Source of the DNA: a virus
Strand: one strand, 5' to 3'
IMG/VR virus record: IMGVR_UViG_3300046804_003617
Span: 1 to 64,000 of that record
Length of the DNA stretch: 64,000 nucleotides
Shown: piece by piece, positions 1-9,679 of the stretch
Layout: the number at the start of each line of letters is the position of its first letter
Numbering within the stretch: position 1 is the first letter of the stretch
The notes under the pieces: model-generated
The model's database searches: none
Told to the model about the DNA's origin: nothing
What the model saw: only the letters and a program-made list of their open reading frames with translations
Made by a program: the position numbers and the translations under genes

Positions 1-1037
1 AGGTTGGTCTGCTTGAACAGCTTGTTCGTGTAGAGCAACTTTGCATTGAGCAGGTTGATTTCATTGATCTGGTCCCGTAGATAGCTGATAGCGCTACGGT
101 ATTCTTCATTTTCCTTCTTCAACGAAAGATTTTCATTGACGATTGACTCGTTGGTTTCATCCTTCTTGTCATCGTGTTTTTCTTCTTTTTCAGCCTTTTC
201 CTTTTGGTACTTGGCTAGGCCAGGAGGAAGTTTGCCTTCATCGACTTTTTCTTCTTCTTTTTCTTCTTTTTCTTCCTTCTCTTCGCCTTCGGACAGAAGT
301 TCGTCAAGGTTGATTTCTTCGTCAACTTGTTCTGCTGCTGGAGCGGCTGTTTCTTCCATTCCAACTTCATTGACGGAGGCTTCTAGTTCCTTGAGGATCT
401 CGTCGAGGGATGCTTCATCGACTTCTTCGCTTTCTTCGAGAGCAACCTGATCATTGGCTGGACCTTGTGGATCCTGTGTCTTGTGACCGGCTGTTGTCTT
501 CTCGTAATCGTCGGAAGCTTTTTCTGTTCCCTTTGTGGCAGGAATTGAACCGGATGTTGACAACTTGTCGCCGTCAACTACCATCTTCTTGCCTGGATCT
601 TCTGTCTTGTGACCCTTGGTGGTCTTCTTGTAATCAGGAGAAGCTTTGTCTCCTTCTTGAATGTTTGATGTAGCAAGTGTTGGATCGAGTTCAGCACCGA
701 TTGTTCCACGGATTGCTTCTTCGTCCATTGCTTCTTCTTCCATTGCTTCTTCTGCGGCTGGAGCGGCTTCTGGAGCAGGAGCAGCAGCCATAGCGGCATC
801 TTGTGCAGCGTCGGCGTGAACTTCTGGTGCAGGAGCGGCTTCTGGAGCAGGAGCGGCTGGTACTTCATCGGCTACTGGAAGTTCTGCTTCACCTTCAACT
901 TCTTGCTTTAGCTTTTCAGCCAACATGCTTTGAATTTTTGGTGTGAATGCTTCTTCCAAAGCAGCCTTGGCATTAGCGAGGGCGGTAGCACGTACTGCCT
1001 TAGCGTCTGCGATAGCTTGTTTTAGTAGATCTGACAT
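1..1037 (-). CDS. Prohead core/scaffolding protein (T4 gp22-like position), 3' end runs off the window
   Basis: Not in the ORF track. Hand translation from ATG at 1037 gives MSDLLKQAIADAKAVRATALANAKAALEEAFTPKIQSMLAEKLKQE, a very acidic Ala/Pro/Glu middle, and coiled-coil ...LRDQINEINLLNAKLLYTNKLF open to base 1. Lies downstream of the protease in the head module. Confidence 0.7.
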   Translation of the reverse strand, partial: MSDLLKQAIADAKAVRATALANAKAALEEAFTPKIQSMLAEKLKQEVEGEAELPVADEVPAAPAPEAAPAPEVHADAAQDAAMAAAPAPEAAPAAEEAMEEEAMDEEAIRGTIGAELDPTLATSNIQEGDKASPDYKKTTKGHKTEDPGKKMVVDGDKLSTSGSIPATKGTEKASDDYEKTTAGHKTQDPQGPANDQVALEESEEVDEASLDEILKELEASVNEVGMEETAAPAAEQVDEEINLDELLSEGEEKEEKEEKEEEKVDEGKLPPGLAKYQKEKAEKEEKHDDKKDETNESIVNENLSLKKENEEYRSAISYLRDQINEINLLNAKLLYTNKLFKQTN

Positions 1038-1130
1038 AATAGTTTTATCTTTGTGTTGATGAAACTATTAAGAGTTTCAAGATGGTTGTTATTTTAGCTT
1101 CGCATCAAAGAATGACGCATTTTATAATAA

Positions 1131-1141
1131 ATAAATATATA
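1131..1141 (-). promoter_or_regulatory. Late-type motif upstream of scaffold
   Basis: Coding strand TATATATTTAT. Confidence 0.55.
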
Positions 1142-1180
1142 CGTATTTACAAAAACGTATATATTATTTACTTTTTATAT

Positions 1181-1627
1181 TTATTCTGCCTTCTTAATCT
1201 TTGATACTGCTGGACCCGCACCTTCGTTAAGATCTTTGATTTCGAAATAACGACTTAGTACGTGACCACCATCTTCATAAAGAGCTTCCATACGCTGTTG
1301 CATTGTATGTGCTTCTTTTGCGAGTTTGTTGAACTCTTCTGATACTCTGCGAAGCTGTTTCATGTTTTCAGAAACTGTCTTTTTATCAAACCAGTCTTCT
1401 GTTTCTGTCATTGTGAATTTTTCAGCAGCTTCTGTAATCTTTGCTAGTGTATGAGCAATTTCCATCAAGTTATGTTCACGGCGAAGCTGACCACCATATT
1501 CATTATATTTACCAATGGCTTCGAGTGCCATCTTCTTTTCTTCTACAGACCAACCTTCTTGCTGGACAACTTCTTCCATCTTGGTCTCAAATCCTTCTAG
1601 TAATTTTCTTAGTTTTATTGATTTCAT
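1181..1627 (-). CDS. Hypothetical helical head-module protein
   Basis: 148-aa ORF, tightly packed, leader MKSIKLRKLLE. Confidence 0.7.
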   Translation of the reverse strand: MKSIKLRKLLEGFETKMEEVVQQEGWSVEEKKMALEAIGKYNEYGGQLRREHNLMEIAHTLAKITEAAEKFTMTETEDWFDKKTVSENMKQLRRVSEEFNKLAKEAHTMQQRMEALYEDGGHVLSRYFEIKDLNEGAGPAVSKIKKAE

Positions 1628-1638
1628 AATTGTATAAT

Positions 1639-2340
1639 TTATGCGGCTGGTTCTTCTGCTGGAGCTTCCGGCTGCTTTGTAGCAAGAGCTTTCATACTTG
1701 AAAGTAATTCAGGCATACCAGGTATGGTCATATATGTTGCCATATCTTCTGAGAAACTTGACATATCTTCTGGAGTTTGAATCTTCAATTTTTCGACCAT
1801 TTCTCCTGCCAATGCGTCAATGGCATTTGTCTTGAATGCTTGGTCTAGAATTTTTCCAAGAAGAAATTGTGTTCCACCAGAAGAAGCCAGTTTTACATAT
1901 TGATGCTTTTCAATTTCTTTTTCGGCTTGGTCTTTTTCAGCTTTTGCTTTGGCCAACTTTGCCTTTGCTTCAGCAGCATCTGCTTCTGCTTTATCGGCAT
2001 CTTCTTCTCCTCCTGCATCAGGAGCAGCATCTGCTTTTGGAGCGTCTCCACCTTCTGGTGCTTTAGTATCTTTTGGTTTTTCATCTGCTCCTCCTAGTGG
2101 TGGCAAATCTTTACCAGCATCTGCGCCTTTATCTCCGCCAGCATCCAATGGTGGTAAATCTCCACCTTTATCATCTGCTGGTTTTTCGTCCTTTTTTTCG
2201 TCAGCTTCTTTGATTTTTTTCTTTTTCTTAGCTTCGTCAATTAATCCCCAAGAAACACCAGTAATACGACCTTGCGTTGTTTTGCTGGCAATTTCGGATA
2301 TAAGCTGCTTGAGATATGGATTGGAGACTTTGTTGTTCAT
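1639..2340 (-). CDS. Hypothetical head-module protein with acidic Gly/Ala/Pro linker
   Basis: 233-aa ORF with the late-type motif 4 nt upstream. Confidence 0.7.
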   Translation of the reverse strand: MNNKVSNPYLKQLISEIASKTTQGRITGVSWGLIDEAKKKKKIKEADEKKDEKPADDKGGDLPPLDAGGDKGADAGKDLPPLGGADEKPKDTKAPEGGDAPKADAAPDAGGEEDADKAEADAAEAKAKLAKAKAEKDQAEKEIEKHQYVKLASSGGTQFLLGKILDQAFKTNAIDALAGEMVEKLKIQTPEDMSSFSEDMATYMTIPGMPELLSSMKALATKQPEAPAEEPAA

Positions 2341-2344
2341 ATGT

Positions 2345-2356
2345 TATAAATATATA
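2345..2356 (-). promoter_or_regulatory. Late-type motif TATATATTTATA
   Basis: 4 nt before ATG 2340; one of about 15 copies. Confidence 0.7.
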
Positions 2357-2373
2357 CGTCTTATTATAAAATG

Positions 2374-2556
2374 TTATTTCATGATCTGCTTCACCAGTTC
2401 GCTTAGTTTGATTGGCTGTTCGACTTCTTCATTTTTTGCGTCAGGAACATTTGCGTGTAGTGCGGCTAGATATTTCTTTACTGGTCCTTTAGTGCATCCC
2501 ACCTTTTCACCAGTGTCTGCTTTGTATACGCATTTTCCTTTTGCTTTATATGGCAT
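2374..2556 (-). CDS. Small basic hypothetical protein
   Basis: 60-aa ORF filling the gap immediately after the protease. Confidence 0.55.
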   Translation of the reverse strand: MPYKAKGKCVYKADTGEKVGCTKGPVKKYLAALHANVPDAKNEEVEQPIKLSELVKQIMK

Positions 2557-2560
2557 AAGT

Positions 2561-3190
2561 TTATCTTACTTCTGACAAGATATCGCGGATGATATTTTCT
2601 ATCTTCAGATATTTGTTGATGTCATTAGCTCCAACAGACGCAATTACTTGACCACGATTTACACTTTCATTGATTGCGCCAGGTGACATATAAGCGCCAC
2701 GTGTTGATGGAGAACTTACAAGGTCAAAGCAAAGTAGCTCAAAGTCATCTTGAACTTCTACGGTGTTTTCATTCATTTGACGAACACTACCAAGACCACG
2801 GCTGCTGATGCCAAGACGAACATTGTTCTTGATAAGTTCACGAGCAATATTACCCGATGGTGTTGTCAATAGTTCAATCTTACCAACGACTGTATCACCT
2901 TCCCAATGGCATTCTACAACATTGTGCGATACATTCTTTAAATTGATGATGGAACTATCTGGATGGTCAAGTTCTCCAAGAGCACGGCGTTCACTTATGA
3001 TTTGTTGATATTTTTCAACTTCGCGAGCAAGCACTTCTTTTGGATACACACGACCATTGTGGTTCTTTTCTCCTGCCTTCTGCAATGGACCGGACAATAC
3101 GAGTGGTGCATTTGGATTAGCACGTGCTTCTGTGAGCATCTGTGGGGTGATGTCAAATGGTATAAAATCTACTAGTAGTTGCTTGCTCAT
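2561..3190 (-). CDS. Prohead protease, T4 gp21-like
   Basis: Motifs NHNGRVYP, ALGELDHP, VSH, LGISSRGLGS and FDLVSSPS are typical of gp21-family proteases. Confidence 0.93.
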   Translation of the reverse strand: MSKQLLVDFIPFDITPQMLTEARANPNAPLVLSGPLQKAGEKNHNGRVYPKEVLAREVEKYQQIISERRALGELDHPDSSIINLKNVSHNVVECHWEGDTVVGKIELLTTPSGNIARELIKNNVRLGISSRGLGSVRQMNENTVEVQDDFELLCFDLVSSPSTRGAYMSPGAINESVNRGQVIASVGANDINKYLKIENIIRDILSEVR

Positions 3191-3193
3191 ATT

Positions 3194-3730
3194 TTATCCT
3201 TGTGGAAGTATGTTCTTGGCAACAGGTGCTCCTGCCGGTGTTGGTTTTAGTGGAACAATTCCACCAACATTCTTTAGTCCAGATTGTGGAGCAGAAGAAG
3301 TTGGTGGATTTACCTGTATTTGAGAATCGTCAAGATAATATTCTGATTGTGAGGCATTGCCTTCTTTACCAACAAACACGACATAATACTTGTCTTTCAT
3401 ATAACGAGTTTGTACATCGCTTACGGTGATAGTATATTCTTTTTCTATCTGACCAACCGACCCTTTGGAGGCATTTACGGTAACGGTCTTCTTTAAGAAT
3501 TGTTTCTTGAGTTCTTCACTAAACTTTTTAACAGCAGCGTCTTCTTGCTTTTCAAGATTCAACTTGAAGTTTCTAAATGATTGGGAAATATCTACAACAT
3601 TTCCACTTTGTGATGGTGGCGGTGTGGTAGCGGTAGGAGCACGACCTGGTGACATACCACCGGCAGCAGATGGGTTATTTCCCCAAGTATCTTCGTTCAA
3701 TATCTTTTTGGCTATACTTGTTAGATTCAT
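3194..3730 (-). CDS. Hypothetical protein
   Basis: 178-aa ORF in the head operon, leader MNLTSIAKKILNE. Confidence 0.7.
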   Translation of the reverse strand: MNLTSIAKKILNEDTWGNNPSAAGGMSPGRAPTATTPPPSQSGNVVDISQSFRNFKLNLEKQEDAAVKKFSEELKKQFLKKTVTVNASKGSVGQIEKEYTITVSDVQTRYMKDKYYVVFVGKEGNASQSEYYLDDSQIQVNPPTSSAPQSGLKNVGGIVPLKPTPAGAPVAKNILPQG

Positions 3731-3733
3731 AGT

Positions 3734-4234
3734 TTATTGTTTTCCCATTCTATTGATTCTCTTGGCAATTTCCTTTAAGCGACCGTGAATTTCCTTCATG
3801 TCAGGCTGAGTTCTTGCCCACAGATTATCGTTGCTATATCCACACTCCGACTTTAGTCTTTCGCAGATGCTTACAAGATATTCAACTTCACCGAGCATCT
3901 TCTTGGCTTGATTGATGCCATAAGAAATCTTGGCGTGATTTTTCATCATATCACTTTCCTTGAAATTTCTATAGCGGCTGCGAGCTTCCATTATATTCAA
4001 ATCACGACGTACTGTTGGCAGGTTTTCATTTTCTGATTCGCCTATTGTGGTATCATCCGTGTCTTCCTTACCAACAACCTTGCCACCAGGCATGCTTTTT
4101 GCAGCAACTTTCTTTTTGCTCTTGTGACCACGAAATGCTGCTGGGGTCATATAACCAGCAACAGCACCAGTGCCTGTCATTTCTTCAATGACTTCTTCAA
4201 CAAGTTCGCGGATGATTTGCTTGGCGTCTTTCAT
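3734..4234 (-). CDS. Hypothetical head-module protein (start revised to 4234)
   Basis: ATG at 4234 overlaps the upstream TAA (TAATG). Begins MKDAKQIIRELVEEVIEE, then TGTGAVAGYMTPAAF. Confidence 0.7.
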   Translation of the reverse strand: MKDAKQIIRELVEEVIEEMTGTGAVAGYMTPAAFRGHKSKKKVAAKSMPGGKVVGKEDTDDTTIGESENENLPTVRRDLNIMEARSRYRNFKESDMMKNHAKISYGINQAKKMLGEVEYLVSICERLKSECGYSNDNLWARTQPDMKEIHGRLKEIAKRINRMGKQ

Positions 4235-4518
4235 TACGTGTAAAGTTGGTCGTCGTGGATTTTGCTGTTCACCCACTCATATGCCATATCATTTAGTTGA
4301 TCAACCGCCTTGTCATCCAATGGAGTACCATCGGTATACTGTGCGGCGCTGATATATGCATCTGAAAAATCAGGATAGTCATTGCGGTCGATGCCGTCGA
4401 TTTCAATGCTCGCCACATCAACCTGTTTACCATTTACAACGAAATTTCCAGTATCTTGCTGACCCATAACTTCTTCAATGGTTTCTCTGATAAGCTGTTT
4501 GAGTTCTTTGCGTGTCAT
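4234..4518 (-). CDS. Small protein with shared N-terminal leader (candidate internal head protein)
   Basis: MTRKELKQLIRETIEE leader followed by an acidic domain containing DYPDFSDAYI. Confidence 0.7.
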   Translation of the reverse strand: MTRKELKQLIRETIEEVMGQQDTGNFVVNGKQVDVASIEIDGIDRNDYPDFSDAYISAAQYTDGTPLDDKAVDQLNDMAYEWVNSKIHDDQLYT

Positions 4519-4522
4519 ATGT

Positions 4523-4786
4523 TTATTTTTTTAGTAGTTGTGCCGTCACATTTGATACAGAATCAAGAATATCTCGTTCATATCCAATAAGGTCCGCTTC
4601 GTGTGTTGCTACATATCTTTTTCCATTGCTTATGGCGGCTTGCTGATTCGCTCCGCGAACAACTATAGAAAACTCTTCATTTCCCATCCGACCACCAAAA
4701 AATGTAACAACCCATTGTGGAGAAGTTGATACGGCCATTTCTTCGATTGTTTCTCTGATCAGTTGTTTTAGTTCTCCGCGTGTCAT
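4523..4786 (-). CDS. Small protein with shared N-terminal leader (candidate internal head protein)
   Basis: MTRGELKQLIRETIEE leader; the body is unrelated to the neighbouring gene. Confidence 0.7.
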   Translation of the reverse strand: MTRGELKQLIRETIEEMAVSTSPQWVVTFFGGRMGNEEFSIVVRGANQQAAISNGKRYVATHEADLIGYERDILDSVSNVTAQLLKK

Positions 4787-5655
4787 ATGTTTTTTAGTTC
4801 CTTTATGAGTTCATAGCTCAACATTAGAGCCATAATTTGGTTTTCCTTAACCAATGTGCCTTTGGTAATCTTATCCAATTGATTGAGTGTTTCATCGATC
4901 TTAATCTTCACAACATCATTGCTGATTTTGGTCTTAAGTTCGCTAATTTGCTTTCTAACTTCAGGAACTTCGGCGTTGATATATTGACGAAGTGAGTTGG
5001 TGTTGCTGATATTGTTGATATATTCGCGGATAAGAACCTTCTGCTTTTCATCGAGGCTCTTGTATTTTTCGTTGAACGAATCGACCAGCAACTTGTAAGC
5101 CAGCAAACGAACATCTTCATTTTGCTGTTGATATACCTTGATAAGATCCTTCTTTTCTTCTTCACTAACAATGCGAGTTGGTGTCTTTGCTGCCGCGATG
5201 CTTTCAACGATGCAGTTTCTTGCCTTGAACATTTCACGAGGATCACTTTGAACTTCATTCACGGCATCATCAAATACTTTGTATATGCTGGCAAGAAGCT
5301 TGTAGTTTGATATGCTTCCCTTCAAAAAGTCTTCAAGTGGATAATACTGCTTAATTTCCTTAATTAGCTCATACTTCTGCAAGTTTAGTGATTTTTCATT
5401 CAACTTTTTACGGCTACGAACGACTGTTTCAAGCAAGCGATCAGCAGAAGCTTGGTCCTTGGTTTTCTCTTCTAATACCACACGATATAATGCATTCTCC
5501 TTACCTAGTTCAGTGGACTCCGAAAAGTACTTACGCAAAATATTATTTGCTTTAGAGTCTTCGTTTCCATTTAGTATGTCGGCGGTGACTTGACGAACGA
5601 GTAGTTCGAATAAAATGCCCGCGTTCTTATACTTGGAGTGTTTAAGCTTCTTCAT
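4783..5655 (-). CDS. Helical head-assembly-associated hypothetical protein
   Basis: 290-aa ORF directly downstream of portal, late-type motif upstream. Confidence 0.7.
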   Translation of the reverse strand: MKKLKHSKYKNAGILFELLVRQVTADILNGNEDSKANNILRKYFSESTELGKENALYRVVLEEKTKDQASADRLLETVVRSRKKLNEKSLNLQKYELIKEIKQYYPLEDFLKGSISNYKLLASIYKVFDDAVNEVQSDPREMFKARNCIVESIAAAKTPTRIVSEEEKKDLIKVYQQQNEDVRLLAYKLLVDSFNEKYKSLDEKQKVLIREYINNISNTNSLRQYINAEVPEVRKQISELKTKISNDVVKIKIDETLNQLDKITKGTLVKENQIMALMLSYELIKELKNI

Positions 5656-5669
5656 ACAATTTTATTATT

Positions 5670-5678
5670 TATAAATAT
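5670..5678 (-). promoter_or_regulatory. Late-type motif
   Basis: ATATTTATA upstream of 5655. Confidence 0.65.
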
Positions 5679-5704
5679 GTTCTTCTATGATAAAAACTCC
5701 ATTT

Positions 5705-7576
5705 TTACTGCTGTTTGTCTTCTTGAATGATGTTTGATTCATCAAGTATAGACTTTTTTTCGGTTATGACCTGCTTGTGCTTATTATTATATTTAGCTTG
5801 CAGTGCCTTTTTTATGCTTTTCAGGTCTTCATCCATCGATAATGGACTTCCCCTGTATATATGGCGAGTTGATCGTTCTGTCTTTGATTTCTCTTTGTTT
5901 TCTTTGTCGCCAAGAACATCTTCGCCAAAGTTCTTTTCGTGGGATGATGTGTATTTTTCCTTGTTTCCTGTTTGATCGCGGTTTCCGCGTTCACGATCTT
6001 TGCGAGTTTCTTCTTCAAGCGGAGGCAATCCTCCTTCACCTTCACCGCCACCAGCTTCACCACCGGTCTCTCCGCCGCCTCCAAGATCCTCTGGTCCACC
6101 AGCGCCCATCTTTTGATTGCTGGTCGCCGGGTCATTTCCTTCATCGGTGATCTGCTGAATTCTCCACATTTCTTTTTTATCTTTTATGACTTGCTGCTTA
6201 AGCTCTTCGGCCTCATCGTCGGACATATTGAATATCTTGTTATACATCCAGTCTCTGCTGAACATATTGCTTTCTGCCATATCCGATGCAAGACTGATCT
6301 TACTCTGCCATATTTCGAGTTTCTCCTGTTCAAAGATTGTAGAAGGATTACTTAGTTCCAGTTCAAAATCAACAAGTGATGCGTCCTGATAGCCTTGGAC
6401 ATACAAGTGAACAATGGCAATCTTGGTTAATTCGGATACGATGATGCGCTGAATACGACCGATTGTGCGAGCAAATCTTACATCTTCGGCGGCGAGTGTT
6501 GCTTTACCAGACAGTCCTTCTTCATATCCAAGAAATGCTTTTGGAATCTTAAGCGCAGACATCATCTTGTTACGGATATATTCAAGGTCATCTATGCCGG
6601 TGAAATCCATACCAGGCAGTGTATCAATCTTTGTACCGCTATCACTGCCACGAACAGGCAGATAGAAATCTTCCACCATATTGTTCAAGTTAAAGCGAAG
6701 ATTATAATCGCCAGTGCGTTCGTCGATATATGGAACCTTTTTGACCTGACTGATGATTTTTTGCATCGCCGCATCAATGTCGGCAGGAGGAATGTTTCCA
6801 ACGTCAACAGAGAAGATACGCTTTTCTGGAGCACGCATGATGCGATGGATTAACATCGCATCTTCCATCAAGCTCAGTTGCTTCCAAACACGGCGTGCCG
6901 GTTCTACCATCGATTTACCATATGGTAGAAAATTACTGTCGCTTAATAGACGGAAGTGTGCGATTTCAAAATTTTCATATTCCATTCCGCCACCCATACC
7001 ATCGTGCTGGTATTTGACATAGTTGATGTTGTTTGGATCGCTTCCTTCTATGCGAGTGATTTCATATGGGCTGATTGGATGAACAAGGAATACTCCATAT
7101 TCCGGAGAAATTTCCATACGCAAAAAGAAATCTCCGTATTTGCACATATTGCGTGTCCAACTCCACATATTGAACTCGACGTTCAAGATGTCATAGAAAA
7201 GGTTTTCAAGTATCTTCTTGATGTTTTCATTGTTGCTGCGGATAGTAAGCACTTTTCCAAATTCACTTGGTACCAGACACTCGTCGCTATAGATATCAAG
7301 GGCGGATGCGATGATAGGATCCATATCCATAACGTCATAATCTCTGAACAATTCAAGACGGCTTGCCTGATAAGCCATACTTAAATCGCGGTTATGAAGG
7401 TTGAATGTGCTGCTTCTTAAACGATTAAAACGATCACGCAAGCTGTTTCTGTCTGTTGCGTATTGTATTTCATCTGTATCAACGATCTTAAGATTTTTGC
7501 CACCCACATTACGAACGATAACGTCCGTGCTGAACATTTTTTTCAGTCTACTGAATAAGTCTTTTGTTTCTGCCAT
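5705..7576 (-). CDS. Portal protein, T4 gp20-like
   Basis: Motifs LMEDAMLIHRIMRAPEKRIF, DVGNIP, EDFYLPVRG, TKIDTLPG and ALKIPKAFL. Confidence 0.95.
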   Translation of the reverse strand: MAETKDLFSRLKKMFSTDVIVRNVGGKNLKIVDTDEIQYATDRNSLRDRFNRLRSSTFNLHNRDLSMAYQASRLELFRDYDVMDMDPIIASALDIYSDECLVPSEFGKVLTIRSNNENIKKILENLFYDILNVEFNMWSWTRNMCKYGDFFLRMEISPEYGVFLVHPISPYEITRIEGSDPNNINYVKYQHDGMGGGMEYENFEIAHFRLLSDSNFLPYGKSMVEPARRVWKQLSLMEDAMLIHRIMRAPEKRIFSVDVGNIPPADIDAAMQKIISQVKKVPYIDERTGDYNLRFNLNNMVEDFYLPVRGSDSGTKIDTLPGMDFTGIDDLEYIRNKMMSALKIPKAFLGYEEGLSGKATLAAEDVRFARTIGRIQRIIVSELTKIAIVHLYVQGYQDASLVDFELELSNPSTIFEQEKLEIWQSKISLASDMAESNMFSRDWMYNKIFNMSDDEAEELKQQVIKDKKEMWRIQQITDEGNDPATSNQKMGAGGPEDLGGGGETGGEAGGGEGEGGLPPLEEETRKDRERGNRDQTGNKEKYTSSHEKNFGEDVLGDKENKEKSKTERSTRHIYRGSPLSMDEDLKSIKKALQAKYNNKHKQVITEKKSILDESNIIQEDKQQ

Positions 7577-7601
7577 AGTCTATATATATGAGCGGTTACT
7601 A

Positions 7602-7613
7602 TATAAATATATA
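7602..7613 (-). promoter_or_regulatory. Late-type motif upstream of portal
   Basis: TATATATTTATA. Confidence 0.7.
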
Positions 7614-7637
7614 CCTCTGTTATTTTTATAAAATATA

Positions 7638-9287
7638 TTAACGTAACAGCCAAGTTAGGTCTTCTGGCTTATTTCCGTGCATACCTGGTCCACCAACATG
7701 CATTTGCCACGGATTATTATGCACGCCGAACGGATTCACTCCTTTACCCTGACTGAGCAAATTTATATTGTGTTGTATTTGTTGGGCGGATGTTGACCCT
7801 ATTCTGTCTATTATCGTGCGTGTAACGCTGTCTGATTCTTTTCTAAGACGCAACGCGACATCTCTGATCCATAATCCTATTCCCATCGCCAGCACAAGGT
7901 CATCGTTATATCCTTCCATAGCTTCTGCTTTTGCGGATACTGCCCCGCTTTTCCATATAAAAACTTGTAGTTCTTCCAATAACCGCTTGCTATGAACTAT
8001 AACTTCTTTGTTTCTGAAATAACTTTCCAATTTTGATATGACCAGTGGACGAGTTTTGCTTGATGTTGTAAATCCCGGCGTCATCTTCTTTTCTTCTCTA
8101 TTCAACTTGTTGGTCATTTGATTTTCCACATCAACATACTGAAGATCGGCTGAACTATAAAATAGATTATCGTAGTTGCTATCCAACACTTCCTGTATTA
8201 CTGCCCAACCAACATTAGCGTTTTCTATAACAAGCAATGCCTTGTTGTATTCTGTTGCCATCGTCATAAGTGCTCGCGCATATTCTTTTGTTGGCAGCTT
8301 GCCTTTATATTCTGCAACTTGTTCCATCGTTTCTATTTCAAGTATCTGAGCGGCACTGAAATCTGACGCATCTCCACGAGCAACGTCGGCGGTGACCATA
8401 TATGATTTACCAGGTTCGGGATATTTGAATATCCAATATCCTTTGTCTATTCCTCGTTTTTCTATTGGTTCACAGGCGTGAGTCTTAGTATACCATTCCA
8501 GTATCGGAATATCGATGACGGTATTACCGGATGTGCTAAATTCACAATCACATTCCTGCGCTGCTCCTCTTTCACCGGACAACTTGGTTTGCTCGTCGCG
8601 CCACTTCTGGTCACGTTCTGGGTGAAGATGCCAAGGCAAACTGATACGGTTCATACCGTTCAAACCTTCTTCGGACTCTGTCCACATTTTATGAAACCAG
8701 TTACCAACACCGTTTGGCGTGGATAGAATGATCGCTTTACCACCTGTTGACAATGTGTATTGTGCCGACAGCCAGATTTCCTCGATGTTGTCAATGAATG
8801 CCGCTTCGTCAACCACCAGCAACGAAAGTGCGCTTGAACGACCAGATGTGCCAGCACTGCTTGCGGCTTTGATTTCAGAACCATTCTTCAGTTTCAGTGA
8901 TAGTCTATTGTCTTCCACGGCTGGAACCTTTAGCCAACTTGGTAGATTGTCATTTGCAAACCGAACCTTGGTAACAATAGCCTTGGATGTTTCCTGCGTG
9001 ATACTTAAGCACAAGATTTGCTTGTCCGTAAAGAATGTCATTAGCCATATGGCATATCCGGATACAAGCGTTGTAATACCCATCTGGCGACTCTTTAGAA
9101 TGATATTCTGGTCGTTCTTTACAAAATCTTCAAGCGCCTTGTCTTGGAATGGGTATGTGAGAAATGGCAGTGTGCCTTTTGTTGGGTGCTGAATCTTGAC
9201 ATACTTCTTCATAAAGTATATCGGGTCTTTGGCACACTTGGCGTATTCCAACTTTATAACATCTTTTAGATTTTGCGTGCTTGCCAT
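7638..9287 (-). CDS. Terminase large subunit, T4 gp17-like
   Basis: KSRQMGIT (Walker A), LLVVDEAAF (Walker B), STPNG, nuclease motifs ADVARG..D and NDDLV. Confidence 0.95.
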   Translation of the reverse strand: MASTQNLKDVIKLEYAKCAKDPIYFMKKYVKIQHPTKGTLPFLTYPFQDKALEDFVKNDQNIILKSRQMGITTLVSGYAIWLMTFFTDKQILCLSITQETSKAIVTKVRFANDNLPSWLKVPAVEDNRLSLKLKNGSEIKAASSAGTSGRSSALSLLVVDEAAFIDNIEEIWLSAQYTLSTGGKAIILSTPNGVGNWFHKMWTESEEGLNGMNRISLPWHLHPERDQKWRDEQTKLSGERGAAQECDCEFSTSGNTVIDIPILEWYTKTHACEPIEKRGIDKGYWIFKYPEPGKSYMVTADVARGDASDFSAAQILEIETMEQVAEYKGKLPTKEYARALMTMATEYNKALLVIENANVGWAVIQEVLDSNYDNLFYSSADLQYVDVENQMTNKLNREEKKMTPGFTTSSKTRPLVISKLESYFRNKEVIVHSKRLLEELQVFIWKSGAVSAKAEAMEGYNDDLVLAMGIGLWIRDVALRLRKESDSVTRTIIDRIGSTSAQQIQHNINLLSQGKGVNPFGVHNNPWQMHVGGPGMHGNKPEDLTWLLR

Positions 9288-9290
9288 AAC

Positions 9291-9662
9291 TTAAACGTGT
9301 TTGTATCTGCTGTATAACGGAGATGTATGATTGATATGCACAATGTCTGGTACATTGTCACCAACATATTTGCGAAACATCTTGGCTGAAATGTCAAGTA
9401 TCTTACCCTCGTGCTCCAACCAGTCGTGCGGAACTTCATATTCATCGTCATATTGCGTGATGAACTTTCCCGCATATGGACCGTCCAATACAAACAATCC
9501 CTCGACCTTTCTGGTTTTTATGCCATATTTTTCAAGTTCCTTTTTAAGTTCATTGGTCATAGCGGCGCAATGTCCCTGCGGATTGCTTGGATATTTTCCT
9601 TGTATTCTTTGACATAACGCAAGTAACAAGTCTGGCTGTGATATGGCAGTGCGTAGTTCCAT
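9291..9662 (-). CDS. Small papain/transglutaminase-like fold protein (start revised to 9662)
   Basis: GHCAAM...PHDWLE...ILDIS gives a Cys-His-Asp triad order. The track start at 9761 overlaps the upstream gene. Confidence 0.55.
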   Translation of the reverse strand: MELRTAISQPDLLLALCQRIQGKYPSNPQGHCAAMTNELKKELEKYGIKTRKVEGLFVLDGPYAGKFITQYDDEYEVPHDWLEHEGKILDISAKMFRKYVGDNVPDIVHINHTSPLYSRYKHV

Positions 9663-9679
9663 AGTAATATATATGGACT

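Noticed and set aside
136-868. Short track ORFs on both strands in the first kilobase
   Set aside because: They are alternative frames of the real minus-strand scaffold gene starting at 1037 that runs off the window.
5705-9287. Introns or inteins in portal and terminase
   Set aside because: Both are contiguous, of ordinary length, and show no intein or homing endonuclease motifs.
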